Shown piece by piece: positions 27,303 to 39,086 of a stretch of DNA of 64,000 bases. The DNA comes from Podarcis gaigeae (taxonomy: Eukaryota). A program made the position numbers and the translations under genes. The notes below the pieces were generated by a model. It worked only from the letters and a program-made list of their open reading frames with translations. It did no database searches and was not told the origin of the DNA. The stretch's first letter is position 1. Every line of letters starts with the position of its first letter. The stretch is taken from NCBI GenBank assembly GCA_964106915.2, contig OZ066916.1, one strand, 5' to 3'.

Positions 27303-27447
27303 AATTAATATAGAAGCTCGCAAATCTCCAAAGTTGTCACGAGCTGCTCAGGAGATATCAAGATCTCCCAGGCTACCGATAAGGAAGCCTTCCATAGGTT
27401 CACCAAGCCTAACTCGTAGAGAGTTTCCTTTGGATGATATCACTCAG
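27303..27447 (+). CDS. TULP4: TULP4 exon 10
   Basis: atgcag| INIEARKSPKLSRAAQEISRSPRLPIRKPSIGSPSLTRREFPLDDITQ |gtactg; 145 nt, phase 2-0. Confidence 0.95.
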
Positions 27448-27808
27448 GTACTGCATGGCTATCTCATTATCTACCAGAAACAGAGGCACCATGTCTCTGA
27501 ATACCAGTTGCTAAGGTACAACAATGGGAGAGCCCTTTTGGCCCTGTGTCCTGTTTGTGGACTTCCCATAGGCATCTGATTGGCCACTGTGAGAACATGA
27601 TGTTGGACTAAATGGGCCTATGGCCTGATCCAGCATGCCCTTCTTATGTCCTTCACTCTTTTTCATTGGTGGAATTGCCCTTGTCAATGTGAAGATAGAA
27701 ATAATCATACTGATTGACCTAACAGGACTAGTGTAAGGATAACTAAGATAATGTATGTGAATACTATATAAATGCTTGTCGTCGTTCTGTCATACCTTTT
27801 TATTGCAG

Positions 27809-27902
27809 CACAACTACCTTGCTCAGGTCACGTCAAATATCTGGGGAACCAAATTCAAAATCGTGGGTTTGGCTGCTTTCCTACCAACCAATCTTGGTGC
27901 AG
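27809..27902 (+). CDS. TULP4: TULP4 exon 11 (tubby-like strand SNIWGTKF)
   Basis: ttgcag| HNYLAQVTSNIWGTKFKIVGLAAFLPTNLGA |gtaaat; 94 nt, phase 0-1; not in the ORF track. Confidence 0.95.
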
Positions 27903-28715
27903 GTAAATTAACTCTTTAAGAACTGTCTTCATTTCAGACTCTTCCTGACCAGAAAAAGTGTGCAAATATTCTTTAACAGTAGTTAAAATTTTGCATCTAA
28001 TTCAGTCATGGAGTTGTAAGCCATGAAACAGTTTGGACTATTTCTGTGGCATCTTCTACTGGGTCAAAACTCCATAGAAGTGGTGCTTAAAAGGATACTG
28101 TCCCTAATTGTGGGAGTATACCAGAAAAACATTCCATGTAGGGAGAAATTCCTTCTGCTCCAGAGCCTATTTCATTGCCATGTTAAGGATATACTTTATA
28201 TCTGTTTGCTTGGTAAATAAATCACATCTGTAGCTCTTTTGATTTTCCCCACTAGCTTTTGGAGGAGTGGTCATGTTTGTATTCCTCATCCACATGGTTT
28301 CCCAGTAGTCCAGACACTGACCAAGCCCAAACTTGCTTAATTTCAGTAATTGAATGAAATCATACTAGATCTTTTGCTTAGAGACTTCTTCAGTTATGAA
28401 AAAATACATAAATAGAAAGTACTTCCGGATACGTGTATATTTTTGTCTTTGTGTGGCATAACTGGGAAGCCTTGTTTGCCTGTTATCTTCCCGGTGCATG
28501 TACATACAACAAAATGTAGTTCTGTGTGCTTGTCGCATGCAGTCATCCAAATATTGCATCCTCTTTCTTAAATAGACATGCTTTCCATGTAGGAGTTTTA
28601 TCATGGTTGAAGTCCCTCTAATTGGCTGATTCCTTTAGTAATGCTGGACCCTCCCTTTGTATTTTCTGCATCACAGATCTTTTCTTTTTTCCCTTTCCTT
28701 GCATCCTTTTTGTAG

Positions 28716-28859
28716 TTATCTATAAAACCAGCTTGCTGCATCTCCAGCCTAGGCAAATGACGATATACCTTCCAGAAGTGCGGAAGATTTCCATGGACTA
28801 CATAAACCTTCCTGTCTTCAACCCCAATGTTTTTAGTGAAGATGAAGATGATTTGCCAG
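28716..28859 (+). CDS. TULP4: TULP4 exon 12
   Basis: ttgtag| (V)IYKTSLLHLQPRQMTIYLPEVRKISMDYINLPVFNPNVFSEDEDDLP |gtgaga; 144 nt, phase 1-1. Confidence 0.95.
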
Positions 28860-30377
28860 GTGAGATTGAACTGATTGTCTAAAATTTTATGAAACTCTGT
28901 AAGAAGATTGACTCTCCTTGTAATTAAAAGCCCAAGGCACATGAGTCCATTCCATGTTTTGCAAGATAGCTTGTTGTGGTGGAGAGGCCAAATTGGAGCT
29001 TGCTCTTTGACTTCCATTTTGGAGTCTGGTGAGGCTGAGAACTGCAAAATAGGGCTTGAAAGACCTGTGTACTTCCGGTGTTGTCATTGGGAGCCTGGTA
29101 GAGCATGGAGGGCTCCCTGTGCCCTTCGCAGCCTGTGTGGGCATTCCATACCATACTGCCCTTGCCCTGTGTTGTGAACAGTGCATTCAAGATCAGGGGA
29201 GCTGGAAGGCCTCGGACACAGGTGTACATACATGGTGCATTTAAAGCCTTAATGGAACCTTCTTCTCTGACTCCTGAAAGGAATGTGAAGTTGAAAAGGC
29301 TGATGAGGCAAGCCCAGGAACAGTGCAGGCTGCTGGGTGGAGGGGTGTTTCTTGGCTCCAACAAGTTTCTGATGACATAGCTGAGAGCTCAAAAGGGCCT
29401 ATTGACAATTCATAATTAATCTGTAAATGGCAGCAGCAGCAACAACCACCATTAGTTTAGATGTCCGGTGGATGTCCTTTTAATTAATCCATTTTAAATG
29501 GGTCAGTTATGAATTTGATCCAGAGAGAGTCCATTAATCCCCTGAGAAGAAGCATCTGTTAAACTGGGAATTAAATTATGAGGCTTCAGTATTAACCGCA
29601 TTTTAGAAATCTGCAAGGGGATTGACACAAGCAGACAATCAAAAGACCTGGAGTGATATAGAGGCACTCATAATTGAAAAGGTTCAATCTCCAATGGTGA
29701 CTTAACTGCACAACCTTAGAGTGGCAGGAATCCATCATGGTGCCTGGGAATTGAGGCTCCAGTGGTAGCCAGAAGCATTCACAAATGTCAACAGGTGAAC
29801 AGGTTGTATTCTCTCCTCAGATTCACATTGGGTTACTGTCATTCATGCCTTCATAACTGCTTGCTTTTCATGACATGGACTATAGCTTATTATACATTCC
29901 ACCCACTTGCATCAGAGTCTGGTTTAACAGAGTGGCAGAATACTAGATTGTTCCTGTTCCTTCTGAGATAAAGGTCTGATGCAGATACAGTGCTGGCTTC
30001 CTGCTAACTGTGGTCAACAAATGGGAAGCCAAACCCTTTCTGGGGCAAATTCCCAGTCCTTTGCTATGACGAAGCAGTTTGTTGGCTCCAATGCTTACCG
30101 CTATTAAGTCTAGCCAGGATTTCCCTTAAACCAGGTTATTGAACTGAGGACCATGGAGAAAGAGAGACTTACCCCAAGGAGGTGAGGGGCTTTGTGCAGG
30201 GACTGCATGTTCTCAGATCTGGCTCTTAATACCCTTACTGTAGTGAGGTGGGAGATAATATTACTGACCTAATATGACAGCACAAATACAAAAGTTAAAT
30301 AATCAGTATTTAACAAATGATTCCAATACCTTTAAAATGGAAATTAATGCTCTAGATGGCAGAATTAATTTAGTATA

Positions 30378-30609
30378 CAGTAGTACCTTGGGTTACAGAC
30401 GCTTCAGGTTACAGACGCTTCAGGTTATAGACTCTGCTAACCCAGAAATAGTACCTCGGGTTAAGAACTTTGCTTCAGGATGAGAACAGAAATTGCGGTG
30501 CGGTGGCAGCAGGAGGCCCCATTAGCTAAAGTGGTACCTCAGGTTAAGAACAGTTTCAGGTTAAGAACGGACCTCCAGAACGAATTAAGTTCTTAACCGG
30601 AGGTACCGT
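30378..30609. mobile_element. Tc1/mariner MITE, family A
   Basis: Same internal sequence as 5326-5543; right TIR degenerate (aggtaccgtta). Confidence 0.85.
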
Positions 30610-30672
30610 TATATCTCTTTTTGGATTAAGGCTGTGATGCTGTATTCTGATACTCATATCTTTTTGTCCCAG

Positions 30673-33326
30673 TGACTGGAACATCTGGAGTTCCGGAGAA
30701 CAACCCACCTTGCACCGTAAACATCCCGATTGCTCCTATTCACAGCTCAGCACAAGCAATGTCACCAACACAGAGCATAGGGCTGGTTCAGTCTTTGCTG
30801 GCCAATCAGAATGTGCAGCTGGACGTCCTCGCCAATCAGACGACAGCTGTGGCAGCGGCGGACCACGTGACTGACAACGCAGTCCACTACCCAATCCCAA
30901 GCAGGTATTCCAACCCAGGCCAAGTGATCTTTGGAGGAGTTGAAATGGGGCGCATCATCCAGGCACCCCCTCAGCTCCCCCTGCCGCCCCAGGGTGCAAT
31001 CCAGATGGCAATTGTGGACCACAGAGATGGGGACAGAGACCACGAACACCTCCAGAAGGCCAAGACGTTGCGTCCAGTGCCACAGGCAGCTGAAGGAGAA
31101 GCATCCGTCTTCACCACTGCCCAGGAAATTCAGATGAACAAAATGAATCCTCCCCCTCCGTACCCTGGAACCATACCAGCAGCTCCCACCACAGCTCCTC
31201 CTCCTCCTCCGGTACCTCCCCAACCTCCCATAGATCTCTGCTTGAAAAAGGGAGATTTCCCCCTTTATTCCACAGGGCATTATCAAACCCCTCTCGGCTA
31301 TGAAAGAATCACTACCTTCGACAGCAGCGGGAATGTGGAGGAAGTTTGCCGGCCTCGAACGCGGATGCTGTGCGCCCAGAACACTTACACTCTGCCAGGG
31401 CCTGGCAGCTCCGCCACTTTAAGGATCACTTCCTCAGAGAAGAAGATTCAGCAGCCTTGTACCAGCGCCACCCTAAACAGGCTCACGGTGCCGCGTTACT
31501 CCATTCCTACTGGGGATCCGCCACCTTACCCGGAGATCGCAGCCCAGCTGTCTCAAGGTCGCGGCATGGCCCAGAGATTGGACAACAGCATAATCCACGC
31601 CACTCTGCGGCGGAACAGCAGAGAGGCAGCGCTGAAAATGGCCCAGCTGGTCGACAGCCAGAGAGCCACTCTGCAGCTGCCCCCGAAACTGAAGAGCAAC
31701 ATTGTGGCAGCCCAGTACCAGCAGAGGGTGCCAACGGCACTCTACACCTGCAGCCAGTGCAGCAGCGGCAGTGGCAACAACGGTGGCGGCGGCGGTGGCA
31801 GCGGCAACCCTAATAGTGGAAGTGGGAATATGAGTGGCATCAGTGGTAACAGCAGCACGTCCAGCATGAACAGCATGAGACCGGACATGACGACCGGGAG
31901 CAGCTCTCAGCACAGCTCGGTCATCGCACACTCCGTCAGTACTTCGCCCCTGGCCTCCCAGTCCTCTTACAATTTGCTTAGCCCATTGGACAGCTCTCGT
32001 GAACGGACAGATTATGTGAACTCTGCCTTCATGGAGGATGAAACTCTTTCTCAGCACTGCCCTGTGGAGAAACCGGTGCGCCACATGCCTGTGGCCATGG
32101 CCGAGCCAGGCATTGGTGTCAAAAGACCACCCCCCTATCAGTGGGAACCAATGGTGGGTGAGGAGATATGGGTCCCTCAAGAAAGGACAGCTCCGAGTAC
32201 TTTGCCTCACCCTGCCAAACCTGCCCCCCTAGTCATTGGCCAAACTCAGCACCTGGATATATCCCGAGCACCGTTTGTTTCCCCCAAATCTCCAACCAGT
32301 CCCACTGCCACTTTCCAGATGAGCTACGGGGTTGGAGCCCCATACTTGGGGAACTACGGTGTTCCTCCCCCTCCTCCCCCTCCTCTTCTTCAGGGAATGC
32401 AGGTCCCCTGTTCTCCCAAAGAAGCTTTGGCCCCACCCCAGATTGCACAACAGGAGCCAACGGTTGTGCTTCAGCCAGGTTACCCCTCCAACCTTGCTTA
32501 CTGCCCTTTGCCCCCCCTGTACCCTGGAAATAGCACTTGCTCGAGTTTACAGCTGCCACCAATGGCCTTGCACCCGTGGAATTCCTACAGCACATGCCCA
32601 CCTGCTGCGCAGAGCACCCAAGGCACTCTGCCCCCCAAGGCGCTGCTGGTGGTGGAGAAGCCTGTCATGTCTCCTCCACCACCACCACCACCACCAGTGG
32701 AGCCTCAAGGCCACGCGGGTACAGACGCGATGGCGGAGACAGCAGACAACTTCCAAGAAGTCCTGTCCTTGACCGAGAGCCCCGTGCCTCAGCGGACAGA
32801 CAAGTTTGGGAAGAAGAATCGGAAGCGCCTGGATAGCCGAGCGGATGAAGGGAATATGCAGGCTATTACGGAGGGAAAGGTCAAGAAGGAGGCAAGGACG
32901 ACTCTGACCGATTTCAACTCGCTGATATCCAGCCCTAGGCTGGGCAGGGAGAAGAAGAAGGTCAAAAGTCAAAAGGACCAGTTGAAGTCCAAAAAACTGA
33001 ACAAGATGAACGAATTTCAGGACAGCTCAGAAAGTGAGCCTGAACTGTTTATTAGCGGGGATGAGCTAATGAACCAGAGCCAGGGCAGTAAAAAGGGATG
33101 GAAAACAAAAAGGAACTTGAGAACAGCCAGTGAACTGGATGAGTTTAAGTGCCGGAAAGCCAACGAAAAGGAGGACGGGCGGCTGGGAAGCCAGGGCTTT
33201 GTGTACGTGATGGCTAACAAGCAGCCCTTGTGGAATGAGGCAACACAAGTCTATCAACTGGACTTTGGAGGGAGAGTGACCCAAGAATCTGCAAAAAACT
33301 TCCAGATTGAGCTGGAAGGGAGACAG
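30673..33326 (+). CDS. TULP4: TULP4 exon 13 (2654 nt; Pro/Ser-rich disordered region, basic NLS-like clusters, start of C-terminal tubby segment)
   Basis: gtcccag| (V)TGTSG ... [37 protein letters not shown] |gtaaga; matches the 887-aa ORF; phase 1-0. Confidence 0.97.
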
Positions 33327-34636
33327 GTAAGATAACGAGTTGGAAATTACAGGCTGCTTCTTGTGTTAGGCCTTGACATGTGCGCCAGAGGAACAGGGCT
33401 GGCCCAAGACTTTGTGCCTCTGATGCGAGTGCTGCTACTGCCAAATCCTCCTTCCCCCTCCCCTCCAGCTTTGTAAGTTTTGCTGCTGCTAACATGGTGG
33501 CAGAACTCGCCATCTCCTCCCATCCCTATCTTCTGCCTTGCTCTGGGGAAAGGGGTCCTTCCTTAGAGTTTGGCATTCTGGGCGAGGTGGCCTTGGAAAG
33601 TGCCTGCACCACTACCACTTTGCCTCGCTGGCTAATTAAAGGTTTCAAATCACTAGAACTTCTATTTTTTAAAGTCCAGCTGTTGTGGCAAAGCAGTGTT
33701 GGGGCAGACACTCTTCCAGTTCACCTTACTCAGTATACTTTGCTCTAAGGAAGGACCCCCTTCAGTGTAAGGCATGAGGATGAGGCAAGTGTCTGGAAAG
33801 CTCAAAGCAACTGGGTGCTTGGGTAGTGGTGACAGCTGGGTGGATGGACTGGTGAAACAAGCAAGTGAGGACCTGGGGGCAGTAATCTGCCACCTCCTAC
33901 TGCCACCACCAGAAACAGTTGCCTCAGTTTGCTTTCTACAGGAATGCTGGCCCTGCAAATGCAGTATGATGTGACTGCTTTCAAATAGACACACCTTCTT
34001 GCAGATTAATTTGCAGGAAATAGTGGCATGTGAAAGGCCTGGTGCAAACAGGATCCTGATGCCTTATCCCTTGGGTGGCCAATATCTGCCCAGGGCATTG
34101 GACATACGTTTGTGTAACATCTGTAGAGCATTTGTCTCTGTCACAATTTCACAAATATTGAATACAGTCCATACCAAGGTTGCCTTTGAGGTACAGGCCA
34201 CTTCTCTGCAGCATAAAAATCTTGACTGTATAAACCCAAAGCTATTCTATTCCACCAAGAAGAAATTTGATGGTAGCTGCTTATAATTGTGGCTTCTGTG
34301 CCTCAGAGCAGCTATAACAGATTATGGGATATTTTAAATGTCACAGTGAATAGAAACATATGAACCCATGTAACTATAAGGAACATAGAAATATGATGTC
34401 ATCTTCAGCTGATGTCATACCACAGATGCACATTTCACATGAAAATAATACAATGTGAGAACAGCCTTTTGACACTCTATCATGATTACAAGACTAATAC
34501 AACAACCAACCAACCAAACCAGTGTCAAAGGTCATGAGAGTCTGAAAAACAGGCAACAGTAATGTATGTGTAAGGTGAAAGTGATGGGGGAATATATGAA
34601 CTTTAAACCCTGGCCATTATTTTCAGTCTCTTAGAG

Positions 34637-34774
34637 CAGGTATAGTGAATTTGTGGCCTTCCAAATGTTGTTGGACTACTACTCCCATTGTCCCTGACCA
34701 TTCACAATGCTGACTCGGGCTCATGGGAGTTGGAGTCCAAGAACATCTCAAGAATCATCAGTTCCCCAGCCCTG
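34637..34774. mobile_element. Palindromic hAT-derived MITE (older copy)
   Basis: cagg...cctg ends; core ggactactactccca / tgggagttggagtcc; same family as 48948-49084. Confidence 0.7.
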
Positions 34775-35468
34775 CTGCTGCTGCAGCATAGAAAACCCTG
34801 GTGCATTCTATAGCAAAGATGTATGAAAGGAGGTGCAAAACATTGTACAAACCTTAGGCAGCTTTTATTTTCTGGGATCCAGGATTGGAATGGCACTTTA
34901 GCTAGCTCTGCTTCATTGTGTAATTTTGCAGTCTCCCTGATCCACCAGGAGGCTGAGCAGACAAGTCACTGTAGATTCAATTGTGATATCTATAGGTTAT
35001 TTCGGGATTGCAGTCGTGTTGCATCGACATTGTCCAAGAACAACCAAGATCCACCAGAACATAACGGCTTCAGTCTGCTGAAAATCATGGGAAATTCCTG
35101 CTGTGCTGATATGATCTCCTCAGAATATTCAACCTCATTAATCATTGTGGGCTTTGAACTTCCCCTGTGAAAATAGGCGAAGCCAGTGCTATATTTCTAG
35201 AAAAGAGGCGCCAGAACTCACCATGAGCACTTCCCTCATTCTCTTAGAACGGCAATGCTGCCCACCTGAAAGGTGCCTGAACTGAGTTCCTCTGGGCAGA
35301 GCCACTTGCCAATTGAAATGCAGCTCTCATATGAGGCAAGAAGTTGTGAAATCACCCCGTCCTTGCTTTAATGGACCAATTTTCATATTTAACTGCTGCT
35401 CGATTTCTTGTTTATCTTTACCAACTTTTCCTCTTCTTTATTTCTTTCCCCGCCACTTTCTCCTCCAG

Positions 35469-35585
35469 GTCATGCAGTTTGGGAGGATCGATGGCAATGC
35501 TTACATTTTGGACTTTCAATATCCATTTTCAGCGGTGCAGGCCTTTGCAGTGGCTCTGGCTAATGTGACTCAGCGCCTCAAATGA
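35469..35585 (+). CDS. TULP4: TULP4 terminal coding exon 14 (tubby C-terminal strands and helix)
   Basis: ctccag| VMQFGRIDGNAYILDFQYPFSAVQAFAVALANVTQRLK TGA (35583-85). Confidence 0.97.
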   Translation, partial: VMQFGRIDGNAYILDFQYPFSAVQAFAVALANVTQRLK

Positions 35586-38500
35586 AAAAGAGAAAAAGAC
35601 CAGAGAGGGGGAGGGAGAGAAACCCTGCTAAATCTTTCACATAAGGGCCAACCCACGAAGGCCTGGCAGAGACGTGCAAAGGATTCTGCAAGTAAAGAAG
35701 AAAGTGCAACTGGAAGAAAAGAGCGAGTGCCCAAAGGAGGGCATCAACTTTAAACATTATCGGGGATGGGGTGGGGACTCTGTGGTTTGGGATTTATTTT
35801 ATTTGAATCAACATATGTGCTGGTTTCTTCAGGGCAAGCCAAGGAGGAGAGCTATTCAGTGTTATGTTGGGAAATGTGGCTTTTGGCTTGTTGTGGCGGT
35901 TCTTCTGTGTTTGCTGCAAAAAAAAATAGCTGATGTAAGCTGATAGAAGGATTTTAAAAGACTGCCCTTCGTTTTCTTTCATTCTTTTATAGACTGCCTT
36001 ATACCATGCTGGTTTTTTTTAAAAGCAGGGAATGCAACTTTCTTTCCCCCTGGACCACTTTGTACTACTTTCATCAATAGTTACAGCAAAAAAAGAAAAA
36101 AAAAGAACAACAAAAATGCTACAATATACTTGAAGACAGGTGTTTCTTCTCTGATAACTGAGCACTGTACGCACCATGGAGGTTTTTCAGAAACCTTACC
36201 TAGTTTCCAAAATGTTATTCGAAAGAAAAACAGAGCTGTTACCTGTTGGATCGCTTGCAAAAGATCAGCACATAATGCTAAGACAGATGATGACATCGCT
36301 TGGATAAGCAAGTATGCAGCTACAGAGAGCAAAAGTTGTGGCCACTTCACTCCTCCCCTGCTCCTGCTGCTCCTGTGATACCCAGAGCAAAGCCATGGTT
36401 TGCATGTGAACCTGGGCTCGTGGTTTGTCCTAACTTCAAACAAGCCATGAGCTGTAAGCAAGGTTTTTTTCTTGGTAAATCATTAGTTTGGATTGATACC
36501 AATGCTATCACTCAGCAAGGCCTGAAGTGGGAAACATTATGACAAATCCCCTGGGTTAACACAGAACGAAAGAAAGAGGAAGGAAGGAAGATGAAAAAGT
36601 GACAAACCCCAATACGGTCCCAGAATATATGAGGAATCTTTAATAAAAGTGTCAGTTGTCTGATGCATTTCAGTAGAAACGTTCCTTGGGGTCACAAGAA
36701 TATTATTTTGTTGGAATAACCTAGCAGGAAGACGTGTTTCCCTGCTGGAGAATTTTAGATTCTTTGTCAGGGACTCTGCGTCCCAGAGGTAGCTTTCTAC
36801 ATAAATGCATTGGGCAAGTGACATGTTTATGTCAGTTTCCTCATCTATCTTGGCACCTTTAATCTTTTTTTGCTGCACTTCTTGACCATGACACCTTCCC
36901 CATGGAAACTAGCAGCCTAAGTCATTCAGCATTGGAATTTTTGATTGTAACCTTAGAATAATATTCACCCTTCCTTTGCTCACAGGCTTATTTGACTTTA
37001 ATTCTCCACACACATAATGAAACAGAGCATGGTTTCTCAAAGGTGGCCACCAAGATCTTTTGTGTGCATTTGCTCGATTGATTCTGTTGATTCTTCTATA
37101 TGAAACAGGCTGCAATCAAGAAAAAACTGAGAGAATAATGTGCATATACACACACACGATTGGTGGAGTGCATTCTCTCATTTCACTCGCACAGGATAAC
37201 ATAAGAGGTAATAAAACACTTGGATGGAATCGGCAACCCCTTCTGGAACAGAGCCTGTAGACAAATGAATGGCCAAGTGTCTCCTCCATTGCTTCCTAAT
37301 CAATAGCATGCAGTAGGTTAACCCTTAATGCAGTCTTCCCAGAACATTGACATTTTCTTTGACATTTTCTTCGGCTACACTTGCTGTCCAGTAGCAGCTG
37401 TTGGGTGGGACAGAGCTGTGGAGCTGCCCTCCTGTTGCTGACATTGCTGCAGCTTACCTGGACTGCAGGGTAAGGGCTGTGTGGATGTGCCTGTGAGAAT
37501 GGCCATTTGGCTCTAGAGGTTGGTCTACAAAGCCCTAACCTCACTGCTGGCTGCCTCCAGTCACATCCAGGTAAGTTGCAGTGATGCCAGTGTTCAGAGG
37601 GCTGCTCCACTCCACAACTCCAGCCACTACTACTGCAGTCACAACTAAAGACTAGCTTGAGAGTCACCAGAATAGTGGAAAGGCTAATTAGGAATATGTA
37701 ACTCTTCAGAGAATTCTGGTCAGGATTATTCCATAAGTGGGAGAATTGTCTCTTGATTTAGAATGTGAAAGGGAGCTTTTAAGTTCAGATCTATATAAAA
37801 AGTTATATGACATTTAGGAGAACGGCATTTGGCAGTGCTACATATCCTAGAAACACTTAGAACATTTCATCTAAAACATTTCAAAATAAAACCAGGGGAG
37901 AAAAATCAACATGTTCGCAGCTGGCATCAGCATCTGACATCCTTACGCAGCTGCCATGGCACCTGTGTGCTGACATGGCACACTGATGATGTTTGCTCTG
38001 GGCTTTTCTTTAAAAGAAATTCTGGTCTGATTCTCTGAGCACTGCCAGGCACCTGGATTTAGCCACCCTTCTCATTTCCCACAATGCCCCCAACCTCATT
38101 GTTCTTGAGCATTGTGGGAAATTAAAAGGTAGCTAGATCTAAGTGACCAGAGCACTGCTATCACTGTCAGGCAAGTCCACTAGGACCTACTGATAGCAGA
38201 CTGATGCCACTAGAGGACGCTGCCCAGTGCCTTTTCAAATTTGGAGTTGGCCCTGAACATGTTAATCATGTGTCAATGTAGTATCTGGAACCCTATAGAG
38301 AAAATAAAGCAAATATAAAGAGAAGCAAATATAGAAGCATTAAAGCCTTGGGGCTGATTGTTTTTTAACAAAAGTATCCTTGCAAAGTGGAGTATGAACA
38401 AAGATAATTAAGAGTAGATCCCAGCTGTGTAAGATCAATTTGAATCAGTAGGAAGGTTTACATAGGTCACTGTGGTGAAATGTCTCCAGACTGTTACTGG

Positions 38501-39086
38501 AATAAAACAAGCTCTGTGATCGTCTCCCGGCTGTAATTGACGCTTATAATACATGTCTGAGAATTTCCCCAATATATTGTCTTAAATGACATTATATTTT
38601 ACTTTTTTTGGTCTTCATAAACTTGAATTATATTGAATTATATTATTTACAAGGAAACCTTGGGAATACAGAACCCAGGCCTAACTAACATTTCATTTGA
38701 AGGGAAGTCTTGGAAGATGTATAGAAAAATTAAAATATTGGTGCTGTGACTTGTTTTTGTTGTGTTTGTGAAATGAAAGGCAAGACCAACTAACCTAGTA
38801 AGAAGACAAAATGATGGAATAAAAAGCGCCATTATTTCTTTTTGTGTTAAACTCTGCAGCCTTAGGCTCCAGCTCTTGTGAGCAAGGTTGGTTCCCTTAC
38901 ATCTCTGCAAAATTGAATTGGATCCAGTGGTCTACCAAAACAGAACCCAATGCCTTTTGGAGACTGCAGTTCATACATTATTAGGCCATGCTGGTGCTGC
39001 AGCAGAATCTCAGCTGATTAAATAGTAGAACTGGCTCTTGAGACTCAAGGTGTACTCTTAAAGTCACATGATGCAGCAACTTGGTA

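Noticed and set aside
31473-32210. 245-aa antisense ORF and other overlapping ORFs within exon 13
   Set aside because: Shadow ORFs of a GC-rich coding exon; no recognisable domain, promoter or splice support.
33000-33200. Internal exon-13 acceptor that could splice out the big insert and yield a compact tubby domain
   Set aside because: No phase-1 AG with a pyrimidine tract found upstream of FVYVMANK; the region is purine-rich.
38205-38222. CTCF-like word tgccactagaggacgctg (also tcagcaggtggca near 8060)
   Set aside because: Mismatch at a high-information core position; a motif alone is insufficient.
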